DNA of 64,000 nt from the NCBI GenBank assembly GCA_013265495.1, contig MU057503.1, positions 496,001 through 560,000 on the forward strand. The letters run 5' to 3'. The DNA comes from Vicugna vicugna (Eukaryota). Made by a program: the position numbers and the translations under genes. The notes under the pieces were generated by a model that was not told where the DNA came from, searched no databases, and saw only the letters and a program-made list of their open reading frames with translations. How positions within the stretch are numbered: position 1 is the first letter of the stretch; each line of letters starts with the position of its first letter. This document shows, piece after piece, positions 49,621 through 62,205 of the stretch.

Positions 49621-52600
49621 CTGAGATGTCAGTCAAGATTCACCCAGAGTATCTCCAAGAACTCAGAGAAGAAAAACCTCCTCCTTCCAGAGTTCACAAT
49701 GCCATCACTGGCCCAGCTGAAAGATGAGATATGGGGGAGGGTGAGTGACCAGAGAAAGCAATCCCACAGGCAAGGCCCAGAAGACAGACCTGTGGCCCAA
49801 GGGAGCGATGGGCACGGTCTGGTTCTTCAAGCATTTTGGCCACTGAGTCATTCTGGCTGCCTGTGTGAGGGGCCTCGGCCGCACGGCCTGTAATCCCTGC
49901 TCGCCCTCCCACTCTGCTGAGGTCCGGTTATGAATCTGAATTATCTGAGTGCAGACAGTACTCACAGGACAGAAAAAGAACATCACCAACAACTTCAGAA
50001 GCATGATTTTCAACAGATAAACCACTTCCGGTTTCTGCCGGGATCCGTCGTGCCAAAAGTAGAAACTTAGCTTCCATGAAAGTCCAGGTGCGCCATTCCC
50101 ATCTTCCACCCCACAACGGATGGGAAGTATTCATACTATGGGCTAATGCACTGGAAAAATTAAAATCTTCAGGTGAATTGTAAAAAATCTTATGCTCTAG
50201 ATAAACTCATTACTTATAGCTTAACTTCTTCCTCAAAATATAAACTAAAAATAAACCAGTTCACCTTTCTAGATCTCACAGGAATGAAGAAAACAAATTA
50301 ATGAAGAGGTAAATTCACAGGAAGAAAAACACAGCCTAGTAAATCCAGCAGAAAGATGTCACTATAGACTCACTCTTCCCCAGCGTTCTTCTAGGAGCAA
50401 GGTTCAAGTTGTAAGCTGTTCTTGTAACAAATAACGCTGATGGAGAGGCACTTCTGACGGTAACGTCACTCCACAAAACACTCAGGACAAACAAGCCGTC
50501 AAATCCCAGTTTCCATGGACCTATTCAATTTTACATCTCAAATGTTTAGCATCAGACCGCAAGTCACACGCTGCGCAGCACAAGAGGCTCTTGGAGCACA
50601 ATCGTCCTGCTCCCATTGGCCTGGTCTGATTCACAACCACCCCCTCTGAGGGGAAAGGCAGATGGAGGCTTTCCACATGCAAACCTTTCCAGCCTCAGCC
50701 TGGCGCAATGTAGGAGCGAGGTTCAGAAGCAATTAGAGAGAGGATTAATAGAGATGTTTGTTGTAATTTGAAACATGAGTTTGCTGTTCAAAAGGCGAAA
50801 CTGTAGTGCTTGAAGCTAAGTGCTTAGAACTGCCCCAGAATCCTCAAGTAAAGCATCCTAGTCACAACCGCATCCCATCAATCACAGATGAAAAAGTTCA
50901 CACGTTCTTGTGTTTGGCTGGGATTGCTCAGCAGTGTTCATGGTCGCTGTGAGATCTCTCTCCATCTCACCAGCAACAACATCTTCATTTGGTTTCCACG
51001 TGAATAATTCTTGGAAGCTACAAAGTCTCTGAAGGGCATCTATTTTTGCCTTGAGGTCTACTGGCGTCAGAGTTCACATAAACCTCACAGATGAAAACTC
51101 TCTGAGCATGATTCATCAGAGCCTACAGCGTTCTCATCAAAGGGAGGTCCCTTTGTGGGGAGGGGTTTCTGTATTTATACGGCCTATATGTTTACTTGTA
51201 GTTAAAATTGTTCTTGCCAGTTTTTGAGGTCTAAAGAATTTAAAGATGATCTATAATGCATGATCCTCAGAGAACGAATGTGGGAGAATTTATTGGGACA
51301 GTTAACCCCCAAAACCCAGCTTCTTGACCGAATCCATGTCTGTTCTGCCTCAGCAGTGGGACCTAAGCTTTGCCAAAGCTTCAAACTTCTTATCTCTCTC
51401 CTCACATTGGCTACATTTTATTTATATCTTTAAACTGTGGAGGGAAAAAGGGGGCATTAGACCCAAGAGAATTTTCACACACTCAGGAACTACCTGGAAG
51501 CTAAGTGGATTTGCTTCTCCATGAAAAGTTGTGGTGGAGAGGCCATGCCCCAGGATGACTTAAAAGAAACCCGACTTTTCCTGTAATAGGTGGTAAAATG
51601 GCCAAATGACCTAGAGTAGTTGTGAGAGATAAGCACTGAGTCTTGGGTGGAAGGTGATGTTCCAACCACAGGCCAGTCTGACTCTGCTAGACCAAAAAAC
51701 CTATGTTTTCGTGCGTGGTGTGCTATGGGAGTACACGTGTGGGCTTGAGCCAAGGGCTGAGCACGGAAGCCAGCGTAAATGCTCCCAAGAGGGACCTGAC
51801 TTCGGTCACCTGCGTCTCGTGCAGAATATCACCTTTCGGCTGCAAGTCTAAGTGTTCACGATGTGACAAAGCAGATGAACTACCACCACCGCTCCCAGCC
51901 CCCAGCCCAGTTCTTCCGAACCTCCTCGCTCAGGGGGAACTGGAGAGAACACTTGTCACACACGAGGAGCTGACATCACTCATGTGACTCCAAAACTTAC
52001 CGCAGATCATTCAACGCTTATCAGAGGGGCACAGTGCAGAGAGGCAATACACGAGGCTTCTTCACAGAAATTGTTTGAGTTTAGAGATCCTATCAGTTCA
52101 GTCATTTCATTCTAGGGATGAGGAACCCAAGATCTAGGGAGGCGAGTGGTTTGCCCCAACGGAAACCCAGGTCTCAACGTTCACAGCAGGTTCTTCCTTC
52201 AACCTGCTGTGCGTCCTCCCGCCTGCCCGTGGAGAACCGTCACTTCCCCCCTAAACTCCTGGTGGTTTGGGGACATTTAGAGACCCTGCTGGTGCCTTCT
52301 GCTGCCCCCTAACAAGGCTGAGGGGTCCTCCCTGTCCCAGATCCCTGCCTTAAAGCAGCTGCCAACTTTTTCACCTGCACTGGGTTTCTCGCTCCATGGC
52401 AGTGGCGACCACCTCTTTACTTCGCTCCTCTGAAAAATCCAGTTGTACAAAAAATGTCGAACTCCAGTGAATTCCCCTCCAGACAATTACCAGGGACAAA
52501 AATAGTGAAATGAGAACAAATGGGAGTGACCCAGAAGGAGAGAGAGTGTGCGCCCGGAGAGATGGCTCACTCTGGAGCCAGCGTGTAGGGAGGTGCAGTC

Positions 52601-52959
52601 TGGGGACAGCCAAGTCCCCCGGCTTGTGTCCTACATTACCGAGAGGGGGGAATGTGCACTGGAAATGTAGGTATGCCCTGAATTCGTGAGAAGAGATCGT
52701 GGCTGCCAATGCCAGACAGAGCCAGACTCCCGATCTGAAGCCAATCCGTCTGAACCATCAGGCCAGAGCTCCACTGAACACCAACGTTCTGTGCATATGC
52801 ATGGCTCGGCCTCCAAAGAAGCTGGACGTTTTCAACTGTTAAAAATTGGCCAAGATCAAACCTACGTGATTTTGAGTGTCATGGGAGCCCCGGTAACACC
52901 ACACTTTGGCTGATCAAATTGGAGCTTCCAGGACCTTCCTTCCTCTCCCTTGCTGTCTG

Positions 52960-53450
52960 TCTTTGGGCATATATTCCCCGAGTGCCTACCCTGTGCCGGA
53001 CCCAGGGATCTGGCAGGGGACCCAAGAGAATAATCGTGGCTGCACGGCCCTCACGGCCCTGGGAGGAGCAGTGATCTGAGTAGGAAGGTGGGGGCCTCAG
53101 ACAGGGGGGCCGGGAGGGGACAACAAGGCCTGAAGGACTGGCAGGAGGAGCCACGTGTAAAGCCGGGGGCTGGGGGTGAGCAGTGTGGGCAGAAGCAAGT
53201 GCATGTGCAGAGACCGGCGGGGACGCCTAGCACGTGTAGGGACTGGAGGAAGCTCGGTGAAGAAGGCCAGAGGGGCCTGGGGGGCTGGAGAGGCGGGCCT
53301 GGACCACTGGAGGACCCGGCAGGCCGCTGAAGGAGTCCAATGGAGATCAGCAAGCTCCGAAGGACTTAGAGCAGAGAGTTTATCTTTTACAAAGGTGGCA
53401 CTTGTGTGTGGAGAGTGGACGGTACAGGAGCTTCCTGAGGGAAACAGGAG
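52960..53450 (-). mobile_element. L2 LINE fragment
   Basis: Contains gagtgcctaccctgtgccgg, ggcctgaaggactggcaggaggagcca and cacgtgtagggactggaggaag. Confidence 0.68.
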
Positions 53451-53839
53451 TCTGTCGCTGAAGCTTCAGCAAGGGAAGGGCCGGTCCTGCCCGAAGGTGG
53501 GGCAATGGAGCAAACAGAAGGGATGTTATCTCCGGTGTCATCCGGAGTGAGAAGCACAGGACTGGGTCAGACAGGACTGGGAACTGGGGACAGTGTGGGG
53601 AGGCCACATTCATTAGGTGCTTCCATGTGCCTGGGACTGGGGTGCTGCCCCCCAGTTGGCCGTCTCCTTCGTATTGCAGGTCCCCACCACCACGTGTCAC
53701 CTCCAGTCTAAGTGCACCGACTTGCTAGGCCCCTTTAAAGACTATGATAAAGCCCACGATGGTATCAGCATTGTCACGGTCTTTTCAAACAACAATACTA
53801 TTTATAAGCCATTTTTTTCAAGAGACTAAGCAGAGTTGA

Positions 53840-54730
53840 GCCTGCTCCTGGCAGACTTTGGAGGGGACACAAAGATGACATCTGATTCCTGCCACAGGTG
53901 AGCTCTGGCCTATTAGGGAAGAGGGAGAGACGTGCAATGATGCTGCAGGCTGAAAAGGAAAGAAGCGTCAGCACAGGGACCCTGGGGACGCGGCACACAG
54001 AAGGGCGCCAAGGGCAGGTCTCTGCTGGGAAGGCACCGGGGACACAGGGAAGACCTCAAGGAAGACAGGATGCCACGCGGAATCTTCCACAAGACATCCC
54101 AGGGAGCCGCTCAGCAGCTGTAAAGACGGGGCAGAGGATGGCTCAGTTCAGGGAGGTGAGTGTGTGCTGTGGTACTGCCAGGGCTTGGGGTGCGAGGCTA
54201 GGAAGTGACAGGGGCGGGGGGGAGGGGGAAGTGCAGAGAGGCTGACAAAAGCTCAACAAATCTGGACTTGATTCTGAAGATGAGAAATTACTGGCGGGCT
54301 TTCAGCAGGGAACTGGCGTGCCCACTGGTGTCTTCGTGGTCTGCTGACTACCAGGAAGGGACAGGGGCGGGGGGGAGGGGGAAGTGCAGAGAGGCTGACA
54401 AAAGCTCAACAAATCTGGACTTGATTCTGAAGATGAGAAATTACTGGCGGGCTTTCAGCAGGGAACTGGCGTGCCCACTGGTGTCTTCGTGGTCTGCTGA
54501 CTCACTGGGCATCGGGGAGGCAGCAATCTCTGTAAGGAGCCTCCTGTCCCGAGTCTACCAAAGAAGCTGCTGGCTACTGACAAGAACTGGTAGCAGCCAA
54601 GGGTGGGGAGAAGGAAAAAGAGAAAGAGTGGTTTCTAGTTTAAGAAATGGGCTGCTTGGTGGCACCATAAAATTGAGAACACAGGAAAAGGGTACCACTT
54701 GGTTAAAGATAATTCCTCTAGTTTCAGACA
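53840..54730 (-). mobile_element. L2 LINE fragment containing the 153-bp tandem duplication
   Basis: tctggacttgattctgaagatgagaaattactggcgggctttcagcaggg resembles L2 (tttggactttattct...gagccactggagggttttaagcaggg). Confidence 0.62.
54200..54502. repeat. Direct tandem duplication, period 153 bp, two copies
   Basis: 54207-54349 is identical to 54360-54502 (143 bp). The match extends 7 bp further left with one mismatch (54206 t versus 54359 g). Confidence 0.97.
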
Positions 54731-55789
54731 CTTTTTAAGTTTGCAGGAAACCTTATTTATTCAGACTTTACCTTGTTCCAGAAAGGACTTAAATGGAGAT
54801 TACAGGAGTATGTACGAGATACAAATCAAAAAATAAATAATGTGGAAAATAAAACGAAGGAAGATCAGAGGAAACATGGAATTAAGTTAATACCAAAAAC
54901 ATCTGCTGTAAGGCGCTTAAGTGTCCGGAAATCAGTCACAAATACTTCCTGACAGGCAGCAATTAAACCATCACAATTGGTCTACTCACCTCAGGGTCCA
55001 GAAATACAGTCCCTCCCCTCCTGCTTCACCCCAGGCCTTTCCCTAAAGTGCACATCAGAGAGAAGTCCTCTGAGGTACTTAGGAAAGAGGGTCCCTGCAG
55101 TAAATACAGCAGCACGTTTCCCAGAGCTGCCTCCTGGGACCCTGTCCAAGCTCGCGGCAGCAGAAAGCAGTGCAGAGGACCATTTGGGCAGGCCCACGTG
55201 TCGGGGTCAGCCTGCACCCAGGAACAGACTTGGAATTTCCAGAGGGACGTGAGGACTGGAAATCCTCCCTCTGCACTGTTTCTCTCAACAGAACCTTTCA
55301 AAACACTGAGAGGCAGCAAGTTCGTGGTTACCTGACCCGACAGAGACCCGGACAGCCATGACCCTACGTGCCAAGCCCGAGGCTTGGGAAATCAGTTAGG
55401 TTTAGGGACGTGGAGGGAAGAGGAATGACAAAATCTGAGGAGAGTAAGAAGGCCGAACCTGCCGCCGCCTCCCTAGACGCCCAACACTGCAGAGAAGGGG
55501 GCACACTGAGACGACCAGAGGCAGGTGGCCATGGGCCAAGGTAGGGGAGAGAGGCTGGTTTGGGCGGACGTACTTGGGCAGCGTCGGGGGTAAGTGGGAG
55601 GCGAAGGGGCATGAGAGGACTCAGGAGTGGGATGCGGAGAAGCTGGCAGGAGGGGAAACCCTGCGGGTGGGCTACATTCAGGGGCAGGTGTGGAGAGGAC
55701 CCATCAGCAATGAAAGAAGAGAGGAAGTGAGGTGGTGAAATCCCAGAAGCATCAGAGGGATTGTTTCCAGGAAGGAAAGGTCATATCTT

Positions 55790-56183
55790 CTGTAAGTGGG
55801 GGTTTCCGTCAAGGGACACTAGCTGCTGTAACAGATAAACCCTCCACGTCTCAGCAGCTTAGCACACCGCGTGTTAATGTGACCTATGAAATCCAGCCTA
55901 CGGTGTGGGGTGCGGGGCGCAGGGCGGGCAGGGGCGACCTGGGGAACCAGGCTGCCGGTGTCCAGCCTGCTTCGGCACACGCTTCTCAGGCCACCCTGGT
56001 CTGTCAACCTCCAGCCGGCAGAACGGGGAAGAGAGGGTGGTGTGCGTTTCTAGGATGGCGGAGATTACCTCCTACTTGGTGGCCTAAAACAACAGAAATC
56101 TACTCTCTTACAGCTCTGGGGGCCAAAAGTCTGAAATCAAGAGGTGGGCGGGGCCTTGCTTCCTCTGAAGACTCTGTGGAAGA
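55790..56183. mobile_element. MaLR (MLT1-type) LTR fragments, probably two subfamilies
   Basis: ctagctgctgtaacagataaaccc...tcagcagcttagcaca and ggtggcctaaaacaacagaaatctactctcttacagctctgggggccaaaagtctgaaatcaag are MLT1 hallmarks. Confidence 0.78.
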
Positions 56184-57184
56184 TGAGGGAGCTGTGAGCA
56201 CATTTGCAGGCAGAGGGGAAGCAGCCAGCAGGAAGGGGCTGATGAGGACAGGGAGCGCGGAGAGGATGGGTAGAGTCTGTTTTGGGGGGACATGGGTCCG
56301 AGAACACTGGTGGAGGAAGTCAGTATATCCCTGAAGATAAATGCGGCAAGGTGTGGACTCCTGTGAGATGCCAAGTGATGAAAGAGAAGACAGCTGGCGT
56401 TTGTCCGGCTTTTTAAGCCCGTTGTCTGATTTCTTGGAGGCCTAACCCTGGACATACTTATCTGCAGAATGCATCGTGCATCTTCACCCACCCATACTAC
56501 ACACGTGTGTACAACTGTGCTGCCGCCAGGCCTCCCCAGGGTGGTAAGCCCGAGAGTTCTTACAGAAATGTTAGGTCAACCAGAAGCCTGCCTGCTGGAA
56601 ATGTAGTTGAGTAGTAATCAATGCTTTGTCGTGGTGTAATTACGTATCTGCTGCAGAAAGCATAGTGGCCCTGCAAAAGAGCAGCATTTAGCTCTTCCTG
56701 GTGTGGCACCGTCACCCGCAAAGGCTCTACGGGTAACCCACACCATGTGGGTGTTCCTATGTGGAAGACACTGCAGCCTTCCAAGCAACAGGTCACAATG
56801 GCCGTGACACGTACAGGAAGCCAGGTGCAGCATCCCACGAGACGGCACTCAGTCTTCAAACAGAGCCGCGAGAGGGCGTCACTGCCCAGTCACCAACACA
56901 GCCAGTCTTGCGGCCTGAACAAAGTCAGCCTGCCTGAGAGGTTGCTCGTAAGCTAAATGATTAAACATCCCTTCTGGAACACAGCATGAAGACTGGTTTG
57001 TTGGGTCCATTTTATTTGACATTTATTCGATGCCTTCTATAGGCAAAAGCACCACGTGAAAAGTACAGTGTTGAAAGCACAGTACTGTACGACGGCTTTT
57101 AACAACCCCACGGAAAACCTGAGGGACTGTTTACGGGCGATGATGATGATGGGAACAGTAACTATCATTATTATTATACTGATA

Positions 57185-57400
57185 AAAACAAACACTTATC
57201 TAGGTGCTAGGAACTATACTTAGCATTTTACACTTAATATCCTTCTACCAATCTTCTTTTATTATCCTCATTTCACTGTTAAGGGAACAAAGGCACAGAG
57301 AGGCTGAGAACTTCTTTCAAGGTCATAGAGCACTATGGTAGAGCCAGGCCCAGAACCCAGCTAGGCTGTCTCCAGAATCTGTGCCATTAATTGCCATATA
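57185..57400 (-). mobile_element. MIR SINE
   Basis: Contains ttattatcctcatttcac, aggcacagagaggctgag and caaggtcatagagc. Confidence 0.78.
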
Positions 57401-58799
57401 GCGTGTTCTACCACAAATGTTCTTATCTGTTTCATATACTGGGCCTTTGTTATAAGACTTTATCTACATGAAGGGTTTGAAAAAAAGCCTAATACAGTCT
57501 AGCCATTTTTCAGATGACCTATCAACACTGAGAACCAGAGCAGCCCGTTTGGAAGAGGGAACGTATGCCCTTGAAATACTGGTGGCAATTATGGCTATGA
57601 CCTGCCAGCTCCAGTTCACAAAGAACAAGACAGAGGGGAGGGAAAAAAACAATACACAAACTGTGACACAGAAGAGATCCAAAATGAGGGAGTGGGAGGG
57701 GCAGTGAGCAGGCAGAGAGCTGAATCAGTGTGAAAATTAATTGCATGAATCCAGTTTTTGCAGCAGGCCCAGTGGCCCACGGTAGGGAATGAGTTCCTCC
57801 TCTGCAACCTCAAAAGCCTCTTTATTGCCTGGAAGAGAAAAAGCAAGGGGCCAAGCGCTGGGCACCATGCACAGCCAGGGGCAGAGGGTCTGGCAGGCTC
57901 GGGGTCTAGCGGGGTGGCTGAGGGCACGTGAGGGCTTCTGTGATGCTGAGCTCCCTGGGAAGCATGACCTTGACTTTATAGCTAAGTCTAGCAAGCAGAA
58001 AAAGTGTGTGTTTGTGAAATGCCTGAGAGCTTGGAGGCTTTTTCAAGGGCTTTGCTGAAAAAGGACTTTTTCTGTGTTACTTAGAGACAACCACTGCTTG
58101 CCCAAAACACTAGGGTAAAAAAAAAAAATCCCCAAACTTGAGAGCTGGAAAGAGTATTAGAGGCTGCCTAGTGTGCCCCCAAAGTACCTAAAGTATAACT
58201 GTAAACTATACAGACCCCCAGCCCACACTGCACAGTGTCTCAGAGAGGACGCTGACTTGAACTGCTGTCCAGATCTAATCTGGTAAGAACAGAATTCTGG
58301 AGTCCAGAGCTGATACCTGGTGGCAGCGCTGGCTAAGTTGTACTCCACACTGGGATCCTAAAACAGCTCAGGGATGCTATCCAAAAAGTCCATAACACAC
58401 ACTTGTACAGCAGCCCAAAAGTTAACACAGCCCTTTCACATTCAAGTCATCTATACTGCAATGTAAAATGTATCTTACCTTGCATCTTTTTAAAAAATAT
58501 AAATGAAGCTATATTAAAGTGGCAAACTCTATTTGTAGAATCAGTAGTAATAGCAATAATAATATATTGAAAATCAATATTAATAACTAACATTCATTAA
58601 ATGCTTTCCATTTGGCAGACAGGCACTTGTCTAAACACTTCCAACATTTTGTTACTTTATTGATTACCAGTCTCCCCCACCTCCACCCACAACTAAATTG
58701 CAAGCTCCAAGAGGCTCCATCAGTAACTAAGTCCCTAGTTCCTGGAATAGTGCCTGGAAAACAGTGGACATGCAAATATTTTTTTATTGAATTCATTCA

Positions 58800-58950
58800 T
58801 TTAATCTTCACAGGACTCTCTGAGAGATTGTTATGACCCCTATTTTACAGATGAGGTAACTCACACACAGGATGGTTAAGGAATTTGCTCAAGGTCACAC
58901 AGTAAGTGACAGAGCTTGAATTCAAACCCAGGCTGCCTGGCTCTGAACAC
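58800..58950 (-). mobile_element. MIR SINE
   Basis: Contains cccctattttacagatgaggtaact, ttgctcaaggtcacacag and gaattcaaacccaggctgcctggctc. Confidence 0.85.
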
Positions 58951-59393
58951 TGCCATCTTCACCAACATCTAGCGTTTCCGGCTTTTCTATTTTAATACCA
59001 GGCACAGGAGATGAATGCCTTACAGCCACTTGCTCAAGCAATCTTAATGGTTCCACAACGGAGGCTGTTATTATTTTAATCATATAGACGAGCAAACTTC
59101 ATCTGAGAGGGATCCTGTACTTTGCCCAAAGTCAGGGGGTAAGCTGCGCAGCTGTAACAATCCCAACTGAGGCCCGCGGGAGTTCCCAGAGCACACGCTG
59201 AACGCCATGCCACTCTGTGTCCTGAACCTTCCTCCGCCCAGAGTCCCACACGTGCCCTTTAGGTATGGGTCTGCCTTAGCCACGCCCTGAAAATCTTATT
59301 TTAGATTTATACCTAACTTTAAATTTCACATTATCTTTTTTTTCCATAACCCACATAAACTCACACAATTCACACAACTGCTGAGTCCAACAG

Positions 59394-59409
59394 CAGCGCC
59401 ACCTGTCGG
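59394..59409 (-). promoter_or_regulatory. Candidate CTCF site
   Basis: The minus strand reads CCGACAGGTGGCGCTG, close to the CTCF core CC(A/G)(C/G)(C/T)AG(A/G)(G/T)GGC(A/G)(C/G). Confidence 0.4.
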
Positions 59410-59649
59410 AGGCGCAGAGCTGGCCTGAATCAGAGCCTGAATCCAAACCATACGGAGTTGCGACCAAGAGAAAACCTCCCGCTCCCTCAGGAGGAAGGGG
59501 AAGCGAGGCAGTGAACTCCCTAAGGCAGGATTCAAGAAAACTGCTTCCTTTGGTGGCGGGTGGGGACCAGAGGGAGCAGTCAAAGGGAACCTGGACGCGT
59601 GCGGAGCGTAGAGGGTGGAGACCTGAAACTCCAGGGGCTGAGAGGTGGG

Positions 59650-59885
59650 TGGGCAGCGACAGCGGCGGCGGTGGGAGGCGCAGCGCTACCAGCAGTCGTG
59701 GGGGGAGGGGGTGGTAGGACTAGTCTTAGCAGTGGCAGTGTTAACGGTGGCGGCGCTCCTGGTGGTCACACTGTACTAGTAGTAACACTGGTGGTAATGG
59801 TCACAGCAGGACTCCTAGCGGTGGTAACTAACTGTGGCGAGAACGGTAGTAATGTTAGTTACAACGGTAATGGTGGTGGTAGGGG
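59650..59885. repeat. Degenerate GGT/GGC/AGT trinucleotide low-complexity tract
   Basis: Runs such as agcggcggcggtgg, agtagtaac, ggtggtaatggt and aatggtggtggtag. Confidence 0.65.
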
Positions 59886-60834
59886 TCAAGCAGGAGTGGG
59901 TGGCGCCCCGGGAGGGCAGTGATTACAACCAAAGGGCAGAGGAGAGCCTGCCGCTCCTGTGGAGGGCACGAGGCAATACTAAGGGAAGGGCTGTGCCCAC
60001 CACCCAGACCTGCATGCTCCCGCCAACCTGTGAGCTGCTGGTTTAGAGTCAGACAAGCTAAGCTTTGGAAAATGCTCAGTCAATATATGGGTGGCAGACA
60101 CAGTGCTGGAACCAGCAAATCAGGGCCCCCGGGGCCTGAAGGAAGTGGAGGTCAGCACAGGGCAGTCTGGAAGCCACCAGGGGCCCAGGACCCTGGAAAA
60201 GCCCTGCAGGGTGGTTCTGGGGGCCCCGTCAGGGCTGGCAGAGGTGGCAACGCGAAAGCTGCTTTGAGGCGTCTCATCTGTCTTCTGGCATCTAGGCCAG
60301 GAAGACAGGGGAAGAACATAGATCAGGGCCTCAGGAGTGCAGGGAGTGGACAGGCCAGGTCATCTGGCTGGATGTTCATTTCATGGCCACTCAATTTCAG
60401 AGCTGGAAGACATCTTTGTGATCAACTAACAAGGTCTTTTTAACTCTGCTTGTTTCAAAGCAGGTAAGTAAGGCTGAGAGAGGGACGTGAATTTTCGGCT
60501 GTTTCAGTTGGGGACAGGGCTGGATTTCTCGCCGTGTCTTTGGGCTCCCAGTCCAGCCTCTTTCTCCTACCATCTCACTGAGGAAACCCAGGGTGGCATC
60601 AGACACCTGCACTCTGGAGACCTTCATCCTGCACTTCAGGGCTCCACACTTACGCTCTTGCATCTCAAGAATGCTTGAAAATTCCAACCAATGAGAAAAC
60701 GAAGCATTCCTCACGACTCCCCAGATCACAGTGGCTCAGCAAACTGCTACAGTAGGGTGAGAATATTATTTGATTTTGGAAAGGGCTGAAGTTGCTGAGC
60801 AGGGACAGCAAAATCTTGGAAGGGAGGAGGCAGG

Positions 60835-60950
60835 ACCCCATAGAACCTGGGTTCTAACTCTATCCCTGCCACCAGCTCCCCATGGGAACTTGAGAAAGGC
60901 AGTTTCTCTGGGCCTCATTTTCCTTATCAGAAACAAAGATTTAGACTAGA
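60835..60950 (+). mobile_element. MIR/MIR3 SINE
   Basis: Contains cctgggttcta, tttctctgggcctcattttccttatc and ttagactaga. Confidence 0.7.
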
Positions 60951-61110
60951 CCAGTGGTTTCCACCGTGGTTACACCAGAATCAACGGGAGTCCTTTTGAA
61001 ATGACTCCGGCCCCACCGTCAATGATCCTGATTTAGTAAGCCTGAGAATAGAGGCCTGAAAATATTTAATTAAAAAACAAAATCCCCCAAGTGGCTACAC
61101 AGATGTCCGC
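60951..61110. mobile_element. MER5-like hAT MITE
   Basis: Contains cagtggttt, cagaatca, ggccccacc, tgatttagtaagcctg and cccccaagtg. Confidence 0.6.
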
Positions 61111-61849
61111 AGTGAATCAACAGAGACATGCAGATGTACAGATATGCAAGGAAAATGTTATGACAGTAACTGCAGAGTTTAAGTAGCAAGTATATAAGAG
61201 TGCACCGTGAGTCTCTCAACTCTTCTGTATGTTTTGAAATTTTCATAATAAACTGGTGAAAGAAAAGCAAATAAAAAAGGGGGGGGGAATCCCCCAGGTG
61301 AGCCATGTGTGCAAGCAAGTTTTGCATCTTTGGTCCAAGTCATCAACCTTCAGGCCTAGTTCTGGCGGCTTTCGGGCCCCACAGAGCAGCCCCCGGCACC
61401 ACCCTGGGAAGGGGAGCTGGTGTGAGCACTCAGCCTGGTTCCAGATGTCCGTCGGAACAGCCCCCACATTCACCTGTTTCCATGTATTGGGAACCTGTGT
61501 AAGAGTCTACCAGAAAACAGGCAAGCAATGGTTCCACTGCTTTTTCTTTTTAAAAGCCGTGTAGACCGCTCTGGAAGATGGTCTTTAAGGGGCTTGTGTA
61601 GCTCCAGCTGTTTATGAATTTACAGAATCGCTTAGGGCTTCATGTGCATGATGGAACGGAGGCTTTAAAGCTAGAGCCAGGGAGATGGCTCAGATATTTG
61701 AAGAGTTCAATGAGAGGGGCCCCTGTGCAAAGGCCCCGTGGCCATGGCCATCGTGACAGCAGCACCAGCTGCTACTGGGAGGGCCCCGACCCCCCCGGCC
61801 CCTCTCCTACCCGTCCCCTTGCTCCATCCATTTCTCTCCAGTCCTCAAC

Positions 61850-62205
61850 TCTAAACGGCACGTTCCTGGCCAAGGCCTTTGCTGTTTTGTCTGCCACACG
61901 CGTTCCCCTAGGTGTCTTTCTGGCTGGTGCCTTACACCTCCTTCAAACCTTTACTCAAAGGCCGCATCCCCAGCGATGCCTTATTTGGTTCCATCTGAAA
62001 CTGCAAGCCCGCCTGGGACCACTGAGCCCCTCCCTTGTCCTGTTTTTCTCTGTAGCCATCATTATCATCTGTGGTCTTCAGCATTTCCCTCACTCGCCTT
62101 GCTTTTTACCTGTGTGGCCGACTGGTCTGTAAGCTCCTTGAGGGCAGGGGGTTTGGCTTATGCCCAGGACAGTGAGGCTGGGGCACAATACAGATTTGAT
62201 GAATT
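61850..62205 (+). mobile_element. L2 3' fragment
   Basis: Contains ctgtaagctccttgagggcaggg, cagtgaggctggggcaca and gatttgatgaat. Confidence 0.78.

Noticed and set aside
54205..54738. 177-aa ORF with an internal 51-aa repeat
   Set aside because: It is a by-product of the 153-bp duplication in L2-derived sequence.
55732..56334. Longest ORF in the window (200 aa)
   Set aside because: It runs through L2 and MLT1 LTR relics, has a GTG start and shows no domain.
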